Shown: positions 43,174-51,780 of the stretch, in pieces | How the letters are laid out: each line of letters begins with the position of its first letter | Numbering within the stretch: the first letter of the stretch is position 1 | Assembly (NCBI GenBank): GCA_041686235.1 | Contig: JAWLED010000005.1 | Location: 1 to 62,360, forward strand | Source: Spirochaetia bacterium | GTDB lineage: Bacteria; Spirochaetota; Spirochaetia; DSM-27196; PWMO01 | Direction: 5' to 3' | Length of the DNA: 62,360 bases | The notes under the pieces: generated by a model | Seen by the model: the letters and a program-made list of their open reading frames with translations, nothing else | Told to the model about the DNA's origin: nothing | Databases searched by the model: none | Position numbers and translations under genes: made by a program

Positions 43174-44247
43174 TCAGGAGTCCCTGTCGGACCACCGTTT
43201 GAATTCATTTGAAATTTTAAGAAACGCCGAGGGGTCGATAACGTCGGTGCCGAGCCAGATTTGGAAGTCAAGATGAGGCCCCGTCGATATTCCTGTATTT
43301 CCGAGGCGCCCGAGGCGCTGACCTTGGTACACCTCGTCGCCTTCCGACACCTCGACGTTTTGCATGTGGGAATACCGTGTCCGAAAGCCGTACTTGTGCC
43401 GTACGAGCACGTACACACCAAAACCCGGGTCTACGCCCAATTCCGTCACTTTGCCGTTCGCGCTTGCCACCACGGGTGTGCCGGGGGACCCGGCGATGTC
43501 TATTCCCTTATGAAGATACCACTGGTTCGTGATCGGATGCACGTTCGGCCCGAACTCCATGGTTACCCGTCCGAGCCCGGAAGACACCGGCCATTGGTTT
43601 GGTATGTCCGCGAGCAACTCTTTCTGAGCCTCGAGCACCTCCCGAACGTCCTCTAAGGGTCCTACAGACGCCTCGAGCATGCTCGCCAGGTTCTCAAGTT
43701 CTTGAATTTCCTCCAACTCGCCCGCCGATACCTCGCGGACGTTGAGAAACGCCGACAAGTCCCCACCGCTGGAGTCCTCAGACGATAATTCGTCGGCTGA
43801 AGCAATATCCAGCCCCTCGAGTGTTTGAGTAAGCGTGTCGCCGAAAACTTCGGAGACCTTGGCTACTTCGGAAACCTCTTCCCGAATGGACTCGAGGCTT
43901 GCCTCGGTACTTTCGAGAGCTTCCGTCCGCTGACTCATAAGCCGTGACGCGCCGGAGGAAAGCGTGGAGAGATAAAAGAATCCGGCCACCAAACCTACAA
44001 TGACCAATCCGATGAAGGCTATCGCAAAGGTATTGATTTGGAAGTTCACAACGCGTTTCTCTGAGTGGGGGATAAACATCACCGTAAACCGTTGTCTTCC
44101 CAGCTTCACGAAGCCGGTTGCGGCGCGCTTTATCCCCCTTGCAACACGCCGGACGAACTTCGATACCGGAGAATGACCGGTAGTGTTCCCGTGAGTACTA
44201 TCCGTATTCTCTGACAAAAGGTGCTCCTCTTCCCTCATTATCGGCAT
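43174..44247 (-). CDS. Membrane-anchored M23/LytM peptidase (LmdC-like architecture)
   Basis: Cytoplasmic tail, TM (FAIAFIGLVIVGLVAGFFYL), acidic coiled-coil region, then an M23 domain with HKGID and a variant HLD in place of HxH. Confidence 0.85.
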   Translation of the reverse strand: MPIMREEEHLLSENTDSTHGNTTGHSPVSKFVRRVARGIKRAATGFVKLGRQRFTVMFIPHSEKRVVNFQINTFAIAFIGLVIVGLVAGFFYLSTLSSGASRLMSQRTEALESTEASLESIREEVSEVAKVSEVFGDTLTQTLEGLDIASADELSSEDSSGGDLSAFLNVREVSAGELEEIQELENLASMLEASVGPLEDVREVLEAQKELLADIPNQWPVSSGLGRVTMEFGPNVHPITNQWYLHKGIDIAGSPGTPVVASANGKVTELGVDPGFGVYVLVRHKYGFRTRYSHMQNVEVSEGDEVYQGQRLGRLGNTGISTGPHLDFQIWLGTDVIDPSAFLKISNEFKRWSDRDS

Positions 44248-44327
44248 CGAAAGGCCGCATCTCTCCTAAGTATGTGAACTTAGCATGGGTGTATAAGTTT
44301 GTCAAATGCACAAACGTGCTCACAACG

Positions 44328-44356
44328 TTGACTCCCAGGTGCTTCCGTGCTATCTT
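44328..44356 (+). promoter_or_regulatory. Sigma70-like promoter candidate for tatD
   Basis: TTGACT (44328-44333), 17 nt, TATCTT (44351-44356). Confidence 0.4.
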
Positions 44357-44410
44357 CCACCACAAGAAGTTTTCCTTCGAGTTCGTTACCCTTACAATTA
44401 CGGAAGTCCT

Positions 44411-45181
44411 ATGAACCTTTTTGACTCTCATGCCCACATCGGGCTGATCAATGAAGACCCGATCGAACAGCTCATGATCGTTCAGGAGGCCCGCCAGGCA
44501 GGCGTACACGGCATCTTGAGCATCTGCAATAACCTCCGTGACTTCTTCCAGGTTTACGATAACTTGAAAACCGCTACTCATGTCTACCACAGTGTCGGAG
44601 TATCGCCCTCAGAGGTGGTAAACCCCGGCAAAGACTGGGAAATGCAGATCGAAGAGGGGGCGAAGCTCGATAGAGTCGTTGCCGTCGGGGAAACCGGGCT
44701 CGATTACTACCGTAAGTTCGGCAACAAGGATTCCCAAGTCGAGCTCTTCATCCGTCAACTCGAGCTTGCCGATAAACTGGACGTTCCGGTTGTTATTCAT
44801 AACCGGGAAGCCGGTCAGGACGTCCTCGAGATTCTGCGCGACAGGATCCCGCGGCGTGGCGGCGTACTTCATTGTTACTCCGAGGATGCCTCCTACGCGC
44901 AACAAGCGCTCGAACTGCCGCTCTATATCTCGTTTGCGGGCAATGTAACCTATCGCAACGCCCGAAACCTTCATGAAACCGTAAAGAGTATCCCGCTTGA
45001 CAGGATGCTCATAGAATCGGAGAGCCCCTTCATGGTACCGGCGGCATATAGGGGAAAACGAAATCGTCCCTCTTATTTGGGCGAAACGGCGAAGTTCATT
45101 GCAGAGCTGCGCGAACAACCCGTGGAAGAAATCAGCGAAGCGCTGTACGAAAACACGCGACGTCTGTTCAACATCGCATAA
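44411..45181 (+). CDS. TatD family metal-dependent hydrolase
   Basis: MNLFDSHAHIG start, GETGLDY, VVIHNREA and HCYSED motifs. The ORF-track start at 44306 was trimmed to the conserved N-terminus. Confidence 0.9.
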   Translation: MNLFDSHAHIGLINEDPIEQLMIVQEARQAGVHGILSICNNLRDFFQVYDNLKTATHVYHSVGVSPSEVVNPGKDWEMQIEEGAKLDRVVAVGETGLDYYRKFGNKDSQVELFIRQLELADKLDVPVVIHNREAGQDVLEILRDRIPRRGGVLHCYSEDASYAQQALELPLYISFAGNVTYRNARNLHETVKSIPLDRMLIESESPFMVPAAYRGKRNRPSYLGETAKFIAELREQPVEEISEALYENTRRLFNIA

Positions 45182-45284
45182 CGCAAACACCTTGACCGTT
45201 CTCACCCGTAACGGGTACAAACACTGCAAGCGTGTGCCCGAACTTCACTGCGTGGTGACTGTCGCGGCTCATGGGGGAGTTTGA

Positions 45285-46343
45285 GTGCGAGTTTTCGTCT
45301 ACGGCAGTTCCACGGTCGAGCACGCCGTGTTATGGAGATTAACGGCCGGCAGCCGGATTGCCGGCCTTTTCTGCGCCGACATCGGCACATCGCAACTCGG
45401 GCTGGCGAAGCTCCTCGGCGGTGGGCGTGAGGATCCTGCGGAGTTGGTAAGCGAGTGCCGTTCTCGCAAGGTCGATGTTGCCCTGCTGAGCCCACAGGAG
45501 CCGGGGTCAATAGGGTTGGGTACCGAGCTCCGTCGTGCAGGGATAACCGTCATTGCCCCCGATGAGCACACGCGCCGGCTCGAGACAACTCCTTCGTCCA
45601 TGCAGTCGTTCGCCGCTCAATATGGGATACCGACCGGAAAACCGGATGATACAGACGTCACCGTTTTTGCGCTCACCGACGGTCGTGACGTCCGCTCTTT
45701 TTCTCCGTGTCGACGACACGTTTTCACTGATCGCAATGGCCGAGGAACTGCTCGCGAAATAGCGGGGGCTCTCACTCCCGTACCGTGGCTCGACTCGTCG
45801 TTTCTCGATCGAGTTCAGGAAGAGATCATCCACAGAACCGTCAACGCTCTTCTCGACAGCAAGCTGCACGAGAGAGGTTTTCTCGGTTTCGGCATCGGCG
45901 GGAGCAACGAAGGCCCGGTGCTGAGCTCCATGAGGTTTGGATTCGCAGAACCGGAAGCAGCTTTGTTCATGCCGTTATTGGATGCCGACTTCGGCGCGCT
46001 CCTGGAAGCTCTCGCTGAAAACAGATTGGCCTCGGAGCCGTTCCGGATGAGCGATAGATACGCACTCGCCTTCGTCCTAACCAACAGGTCGAATGCCGCC
46101 ATCGAGTTTCGTAACCCCGCGCTCGCGTTGCCGGGGTTCCCGGGCAAAAACTATGCGGTTTTTCTCTCTCACGCACATAAAGTCCGGGGGGAAGTCTCAA
46201 TCGAGCCGGGGGCTACCGTAACGGCGGTGGGATTGGGCAGGGACCCGCTTCAAGCACGACAGAGGGCGCTTACCCTCGCGGGCGAGTTAGCTCAAAGCGG
46301 TCTCTCATTTCGCAAGGACGTCGGCTCCAATATCTTCGTCTGA
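45285..46343 (+). CDS. PurD (phosphoribosylamine-glycine ligase)-like protein, truncated and catalytically degenerate
   Basis: MRVFVYGSSTVEHAVLWRL parallels the PurD N-terminus (G-G-R-E-H box changed to S-T-V-E-H). The later FGDPE-type box reads FAEPE. About 70 aa shorter than typical PurD. GTG start after GGGGGAG. Confidence 0.7.
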   Translation: MRVFVYGSSTVEHAVLWRLTAGSRIAGLFCADIGTSQLGLAKLLGGGREDPAELVSECRSRKVDVALLSPQEPGSIGLGTELRRAGITVIAPDEHTRRLETTPSSMQSFAAQYGIPTGKPDDTDVTVFALTDGRDVRSFSPCRRHVFTDRNGRGTAREIAGALTPVPWLDSSFLDRVQEEIIHRTVNALLDSKLHERGFLGFGIGGSNEGPVLSSMRFGFAEPEAALFMPLLDADFGALLEALAENRLASEPFRMSDRYALAFVLTNRSNAAIEFRNPALALPGFPGKNYAVFLSHAHKVRGEVSIEPGATVTAVGLGRDPLQARQRALTLAGELAQSGLSFRKDVGSNIFV

Positions 46344-46366
46344 TGCCGTTTTCAGTGCGGTAAGGG

Positions 46367-47140
46367 TCACTCGAAGTGCTCGCCCTGCCGACGACGCGTC
46401 TCGTACATGAGAATACCGGCTGCAACCGATACATTCAGTGAGTCGATGTGACCGCCGGTGGGTATGCAGACGAGCTCATCACACCGCTCGCGTACGAGAC
46501 GGCTTATCCCCTCGCCCTCGCTCCCGAGAACCAGCGCGGTACGGCCCTCGAGCTCGACCTGAGAGAGTGTTCGTCCCTCTGCGGCGGCCCCGTATACCCA
46601 AAAACCCGATGACTGCAGACGCTCTACCGCCCCCGCTATATTAGCGACCGTTACGCGCGGGACGTGTGCGGCCGCACCGGCGGATATGCGTGCCAATGTT
46701 GCCGTATCTCCGACCGCGCGTCGTTCTCTTGTGATAACGATGTCTGCTTCGAACTGGTCCGCACTGCGAAGGATTGCGCCAAGGTTGTGCGGGTCGGTTA
46801 TGCCGTCGAGGACTACGGCAAGCGAGCTCGCACCGGAGAGGGAGCCAAGAAACTCGTCGAGAGACCCCGGAAGCTCGACTCGCGGGACTCGCCCGATGAG
46901 CACTGCCCCACGGGCGTACTCACCACCGAGACGGCTCAATTCGGACGCCGAAACCATTTCGACCGTCACACCGCGGCTTCGGGCAAGCGCTTCGATGTCA
47001 CGCGCCTTCTTATTACGTGTACTAAGATATACCGTACCGGCTACCTCGGGACGCCTCAGCGCCTCAAAAACAGCGTGGTATCCTGCATACGTATGGTTCG
47101 CTTCGTTCGGCCCGCCGGCTCCGCTATTCCGACTCGGCAT
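46367..47140 (-). CDS. TrmH/SpoU family RNA 2'-O-methyltransferase (RlmB-like)
   Basis: YAGYHAVFEAL N-terminal substrate-binding part. SpoU motifs LVLGSEGEGIS and IPTGGHIDSLNVSVAAGILMYE. Start at 47140, since the upstream part of the ORF-track model overlaps the next gene. Confidence 0.85.
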   Translation of the reverse strand: MPSRNSGAGGPNEANHTYAGYHAVFEALRRPEVAGTVYLSTRNKKARDIEALARSRGVTVEMVSASELSRLGGEYARGAVLIGRVPRVELPGSLDEFLGSLSGASSLAVVLDGITDPHNLGAILRSADQFEADIVITRERRAVGDTATLARISAGAAAHVPRVTVANIAGAVERLQSSGFWVYGAAAEGRTLSQVELEGRTALVLGSEGEGISRLVRERCDELVCIPTGGHIDSLNVSVAAGILMYETRRRQGEHFE

Positions 47141-47618
47141 AGTCCCGTATCTCGTCGGCAACGCCGTCGTGGTTTGTATCACGTTCGTAACGTTCCACGT
47201 AGACCCCGTCTTTAATGAAGACCCACAAATCGATGGAGCCATCGTGGTTCGTATCGAGCTCCTGGCGCTGCAAAACCTCGTTGGAATAGAAGTAAAAGTC
47301 GTCCATTTTGCCGTCGTGATTGTGGTCGACAGCCTCACGGTCTTTCATGAGATCTTCGTCGATTCGCACCGCATAATCCACCGACCCGTCGTCATTGCGG
47401 TCGTCGACCATCCATTCGTCGTCATCGTACCGTTCGGCGTCGAAGAACTGGTCTTCCGCGGGCTCGCGCGGCTCGCGCGGCTCGCGGTCATCCTCGGCCT
47501 GAGCGGCAAGACCGCCGGCGGTCAGCCCCACGGCGATGACCACCAGGACCACGGTGCGAGAGACCCCGCGCATTTGCATCTTCTCAGGTAACATGTACAA
47601 CTGATTATCGTGCGTCAC
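47124..47618 (-). CDS. Secreted acidic protein with four DxNxDG calcium-loop-like repeats
   Basis: Signal-like VVLVVIAVGLTAGGLAAQA. Repeats DDRNDDGSVDY, DHNHDGKMDDF, DTNHDGSIDLW and DTNHDGVADEI. Start may be an internal Met (47594/47579/47573). Confidence 0.65.
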   Translation of the reverse strand: MTHDNQLYMLPEKMQMRGVSRTVVLVVIAVGLTAGGLAAQAEDDREPREPREPAEDQFFDAERYDDDEWMVDDRNDDGSVDYAVRIDEDLMKDREAVDHNHDGKMDDFYFYSNEVLQRQELDTNHDGSIDLWVFIKDGVYVERYERDTNHDGVADEIRDYAESE

Positions 47619-47676
47619 AGCGCTCAGGTTTAGCTTACCCGAGATATTTTATTTCAAATGCGCCGGTGCGGGCCGG

Positions 47677-48804
47677 TTAGCCGATCCGAGACAGCGGCAC
47701 CGGATCCGGGGATTCTTCTTCGCCCTCGACTTCTGAAAGCTCTTGGAGGAGTTTTTTCGCCTTGCTCGACAGCTTTTTCGGTATGTCTATGTGAATCTTC
47801 ACGTACATGTCGCCACGTTTCGACGGGTCCTGCAAGCGCGGCACCCCTTGGTTTCGAATCCGCAACATCTTCTCGTTTTGCGTACCGGCGGGGATGTCGA
47901 GCTTGACCCGCTTTCCATCCAGGGTGGGCACCTCTATTTTGGCTCCGAGCGCCGCCTGCGTAACGCTGATCGGGATCATGCAGTACAAATCGTTACCGCG
48001 TCGCTCGAAGTACTCGTGCGGCTTCACGCGAACCACCACGTAGAGGTCGCCGGCAGGGCCTCCGTTGGGGCCCGCATCCCCCTCGCCGCGCAGACTAATG
48101 CGCTTGCCGTCGTCAATACCCGGCGGAATGGTCACCTTGACCGTACGCTCTTTTTCCAAAACACCGTTTCCGCCGCACTTACTACACGGGTTCTCAATGA
48201 TCTGCCCTTGGCCGGCACACGTGGGACACGTGCTTGCAATGGAGAAAAACCCCTGACTACGGCGCACCTGACCGACTCCGCCGCATGTCGGGCAGGTTTT
48301 GCTCCCGGAGCCGCCCTCGGCTCCCGTCCCGTTACACGTATCACAGCTTACGTGACGCTTGTAGGTAACTTCCTTTTTCGTCCCGAAGACCGCTTCGGCG
48401 AAGGTAACTTCCATGTCGTAACGGAGGTCCGCACCGGCGCGCACTGAACTGCGCCGCCCGCCGCGACCACGTCCGCCACCACCGAAGAACGTTTCGAAAA
48501 TATCACTGAAGCCACCGAAAATGTCTTCGAAGTCATGGAATGCGTGAGAGAATCCTTCGCGCCCTCCGCCGCCCATGCCTTCGAGTCCGGCAAAACCGAA
48601 TTGGTCGTAGGCCTTGCGCTTATCGTCGTCGGCAAGTACCTCATAGGCCTCGGTTGCTTCTTTGAACCGTTCTTCTGCCTCAGTATCCCCCGGATTGCGG
48701 TCCGGATGGTTGGATACCGCCACTTTCCGATACGCCTTCTTGATGTCGTCTTTCGAGGCCCCTTTTTGGAGGCCCAGCACTTCGTAGTAATCTCGTTTGG
48801 CCAA
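47677..48804 (-). CDS. dnaJ: Molecular chaperone DnaJ
   Basis: J domain (DYYEVLGL...HPDRN), G/F region, four CxxCxG zinc-finger repeats. Confidence 0.97.
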   Translation of the reverse strand: MAKRDYYEVLGLQKGASKDDIKKAYRKVAVSNHPDRNPGDTEAEERFKEATEAYEVLADDDKRKAYDQFGFAGLEGMGGGGREGFSHAFHDFEDIFGGFSDIFETFFGGGGRGRGGRRSSVRAGADLRYDMEVTFAEAVFGTKKEVTYKRHVSCDTCNGTGAEGGSGSKTCPTCGGVGQVRRSQGFFSIASTCPTCAGQGQIIENPCSKCGGNGVLEKERTVKVTIPPGIDDGKRISLRGEGDAGPNGGPAGDLYVVVRVKPHEYFERRGNDLYCMIPISVTQAALGAKIEVPTLDGKRVKLDIPAGTQNEKMLRIRNQGVPRLQDPSKRGDMYVKIHIDIPKKLSSKAKKLLQELSEVEGEEESPDPVPLSRIG

Positions 48805-48830
48805 AGCTTCCGTATCCGATGTTTTCGAGT

Positions 48831-50798
48831 TTAGTGGTCTTTCTTCTCTTCTTCATCGACTACCTCGTAGTCGACGTCTTCAGCATCATTTGCTTCGGAC
48901 TCAGAGGCTTCACCCTCCGTCGAGCCCTCTTCTTCGCTTCCGGCGGCCTCGCCTCCTCCGGCCGAGGGATCGCTGTCGGGGCTCTGCTCTTCCTGCGACG
49001 AGTTTTTGTACATCTCTTCTGCGAGTTTGTGGGAAGCCTGCTTGAGCTCCTCGGTCTTTCCCTTGATTTCGGCGAGGTCGCCGTCTTCGAGAGCCGTTCG
49101 AAGCGCCGCGACAGCCTCGTTTATCTGCTGCCGGTCAGCGTCGGAGACCTTATCTCCAAAATCGTTGAGAGATTTCTCGGTCGAATAGATGAGACTGTCG
49201 GCCTCGTTACGCGCCTCTGCCATCTCTCGGGCTCGCTTGTCCTCGTCGGCGTGCGTCTCCGCTTCGTTGACCATCCGCTCGATTTCTTCGTCGGACAGCC
49301 CCGATGACGACTCGATCCGGATCTTTTGCTCTTTGCCGGTACCAAGGTCCTTTGCCGAAACATGAACGATTCCGTTCGCGTCTATGTCGAACGAAACTTC
49401 GATCTGTGGCACGCCCCTCGGTGCCGCCGGTATGCCGACAAGGTCGAATTTGCCCAGAGTGCGATTTTGGCTCGCCATCTCTCGCTCGCCCTGGAGAACG
49501 TGTATGGAAACGGCGTTCTGATTGTCCGCCGCCGTAGAAAATATCTGACTCTTACGGGTCGGAATGGTTGTGTTGCGCTCTATGAGCTTAGTAAATACGC
49601 CGCCGAGGGTTTCGATTCCTAAGGACAACGGCGTAACGTCGAGCAGCAACACGTCTTTTACGTCTCCACCGAGAATCCCGCCTTGGATGGCGGCGCCGCT
49701 TGCAACTACTTCGTCGGGGTTTACGCCCTTATGGGGATCACGTCCGAACAGTTCTTTCACAACCGCTTGGACCGCGGGAATGCGGGTAGAACCGCCCACG
49801 AGAATGACCTCGTCGATGTCGGAGGCGCTGACCCCGGCGTCCTTGAGCGCCTTGTTGCACGGCTCTTTCGTACTCGCCACGAGCTCGCTAACCATCTGCT
49901 CAAATTTTGCCCGCGAGAGCGAGTACTGCAAATGCTTGGGACCGGTGTTATCCGCAGTTATGAAGGGAAGATTTATGTCACTGGCTTGCGTCGTGCTCAG
50001 CTCCTTCTTGGCCTTCTCCGCGGCTTCCTTGAGCCGTTGGAGCGCCATTCGATCCTGAGCAAGGTCTATCCCGTAGTCGTTCTTGAAATTCGAGACGAGC
50101 CAATCAATGATCTGCTGGTCAAAGTTATCGCCGCCGAGGTGCGTGTCGCCATGCGTCGACTTTACCTCGAAGACGCCTTCGCCGAGCTCGAGGATTGAAA
50201 TATCGAACGTTCCACCACCGAGGTCGTAAACGGCAATTTTCTCGTCTTTGTCGTCCTTTCCGAACCCGTACGCGAGAGAAGCAGCCGTTGGCTCGTTTAC
50301 AATGCGCTTGACTTCCAAACCGGCAATTTTTCCGGCATCCTTGGTGGCCTGCCGTTGCGAGTCGTTGAAATACGCGGGGACGGTGATAACGGCCTCGGTA
50401 ACGCTTTCTCCGAGATAGTCCTCCGCGGTCTCTTTCATCTTCTGCAAAACCGCAGCGGAAATCTCCGGCGGAGAATACTGCTTCTCATCTATCTTTACGC
50501 GGACCCCGCCGGAACCGTCGTCGTTAACGTGGTAGGGAACCATTTTGATTTCGCTTTCTACCTCGCTGTACCGCCGGCCCATGAACCGCTTGATCGAGAA
50601 GACAGTGTTTTCCGGATTCGTGACCATCTGATTCTTTGCCGATTGCCCAACCAGCCGCTCACCTTTCGATGTAAACGCGACCATGGATGGGGTGGTCCGC
50701 TGCCCCTCTGCATTCTGTATGACCTCCGGTTCCCCACCCTCCATGACGGCTACGCAGGAGTTCGTGGTCCCCAAGTCGATTCCAATAATTCTTCCCAT
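48831..50798 (-). CDS. dnaK: Molecular chaperone DnaK
   Basis: [21 protein letters not shown] and other Hsp70 signatures. Acidic C-terminal tail. Confidence 0.98.
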   Translation of the reverse strand: MGRIIGIDLGTTNSCVAVMEGGEPEVIQNAEGQRTTPSMVAFTSKGERLVGQSAKNQMVTNPENTVFSIKRFMGRRYSEVESEIKMVPYHVNDDGSGGVRVKIDEKQYSPPEISAAVLQKMKETAEDYLGESVTEAVITVPAYFNDSQRQATKDAGKIAGLEVKRIVNEPTAASLAYGFGKDDKDEKIAVYDLGGGTFDISILELGEGVFEVKSTHGDTHLGGDNFDQQIIDWLVSNFKNDYGIDLAQDRMALQRLKEAAEKAKKELSTTQASDINLPFITADNTGPKHLQYSLSRAKFEQMVSELVASTKEPCNKALKDAGVSASDIDEVILVGGSTRIPAVQAVVKELFGRDPHKGVNPDEVVASGAAIQGGILGGDVKDVLLLDVTPLSLGIETLGGVFTKLIERNTTIPTRKSQIFSTAADNQNAVSIHVLQGEREMASQNRTLGKFDLVGIPAAPRGVPQIEVSFDIDANGIVHVSAKDLGTGKEQKIRIESSSGLSDEEIERMVNEAETHADEDKRAREMAEARNEADSLIYSTEKSLNDFGDKVSDADRQQINEAVAALRTALEDGDLAEIKGKTEELKQASHKLAEEMYKNSSQEEQSPDSDPSAGGGEAAGSEEEGSTEGEASESEANDAEDVDYEVVDEEEKKDH

Positions 50799-50862
50799 TC
50801 AACTGCTCCTCTTATCGCGACACTTCGACGTTAACATACGAACTCGTTGCCTGCCCGTCCAC

Positions 50863-51561
50863 TCAGGAGTCCGAACTCGGCACCGAAACTTTTACCTTGG
50901 CCGATCGCAACACCTTGTCGTTGAGATAATACCCCTTCTGATAGTCCTCGACGACGACGGGTTTGTCATGCTCGCTGTCCTCGTCGGTCATCACGGCCTC
51001 GTGCTTTTGAGGATCGAACTCTTCCCCTTCGGAGTCGAAGCGCTTCAGTCCCCATTTGCGCTCGAGCATATTCGTAAACTGTTTTTCAATGAGCGCTACG
51101 CCCTCGTGGAACGAGTCGAAATCTCGTGACTCTTCGGCAGATTTAATGGCTCGTTCGAAATCGTCGATGATGGTCACGATATCGAGCAGCAATTGCTTGT
51201 TTGCATAGGCGATCGCATCGGCCTTTTCCCGAGACATCCGTTTGCGGAAGTTCTCGAAATCGGCTTGCTTTCTGAGATACTGGTTTTTGAGGTCGCTGTT
51301 CTCGCGTTCGAGCTCTTCAACTCGCGCCCGGAGTCTGCCGACCTCGTCTTCGCCCTCTTCGAGAGAGCTCTCCTGTGAGGGCGGATGCTCGGTTGATGTT
51401 GCTTCGCCGGCGGCCATTTCCGGAGATCCATTATCCCCATCGCCCTCGGGTCCTACGCCGGCGCTCTCCTGCGATTCCTGGTTTTCTTGGGCGTTTTCTT
51501 GGGGCTCGCCCGATTCCGTATTTGTACTTCTCTCGTCGAACTGATGATCTTCGCCGGACAT
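50863..51561 (-). CDS. grpE: Nucleotide exchange factor GrpE
   Basis: YLRKQADFENFRKR coiled-coil motif and a C-terminal beta domain. About 75-aa acidic N-terminal extension. Confidence 0.95.
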   Translation of the reverse strand: MSGEDHQFDERSTNTESGEPQENAQENQESQESAGVGPEGDGDNGSPEMAAGEATSTEHPPSQESSLEEGEDEVGRLRARVEELERENSDLKNQYLRKQADFENFRKRMSREKADAIAYANKQLLLDIVTIIDDFERAIKSAEESRDFDSFHEGVALIEKQFTNMLERKWGLKRFDSEGEEFDPQKHEAVMTDEDSEHDKPVVVEDYQKGYYLNDKVLRSAKVKVSVPSSDS

Positions 51562-51590
51562 ACTTACCTCTACGTTGTTGCTTTGATGAG

Positions 51591-51619
51591 AAGGTAATCA
51601 GCCAGTGTATGGGAGTCAA
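51591..51619 (-). promoter_or_regulatory. Sigma70-like promoter candidate for grpE-dnaK-dnaJ
   Basis: Minus strand reads TTGACT (51619-51614), 17 nt, TACCTT (51596-51591). AGAGGTAAGT-ATG RBS. No CIRCE-like inverted repeat seen. Confidence 0.4.
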
Positions 51620-51623
51620 GCAA

Positions 51624-51780
51624 CGGTCGCCGACCGACCGCCCCGTGACGGCCGGCCGCACTCGCCGGCGTCCGGGGCGCGCCGGGCCGGCCCCGCGGGC
51701 CGCACCGGCGCAGGATGCAGGGGCGCCCAGGAGCGTCCCCGGGGGCCGCGCGGAAAAGCCCGGCGCCCGGAGCGCAAAAG
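51624..51780. other. Extremely GC-rich structured intergenic element
   Basis: About 155 nt that is almost entirely G/C, whereas other intergenic regions are AT-rich. Nested inverted repeats: GCGCCGGGC 51679-51687 with GCCCGGCGC 51758-51766; CGGCCC 51688-51693 with GGGCCG 51697-51702; and a GGGG-A-CGC/GCG-CCCC hairpin near 51720-51740. Confidence 0.6.

Noticed and set aside
47141-47338. N-terminal extension of the RlmB-like ORF
   Set aside because: It overlaps the DxNxDG-repeat gene in another frame. The conserved methyltransferase N-terminus (YAGYHAVFEAL) begins shortly after Met at 47140.
51562-51640. CIRCE (TTAGCACTC-N9-GAGTGCTAA) or sigma32-type promoter upstream of grpE
   Set aside because: No CIRCE-like inverted repeat was found by eye. 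CTTGACT resembles a sigma32 -35 box, but no CCCCATnT-like -10 lies at the right spacing. Only a sigma70-like arrangement fits.
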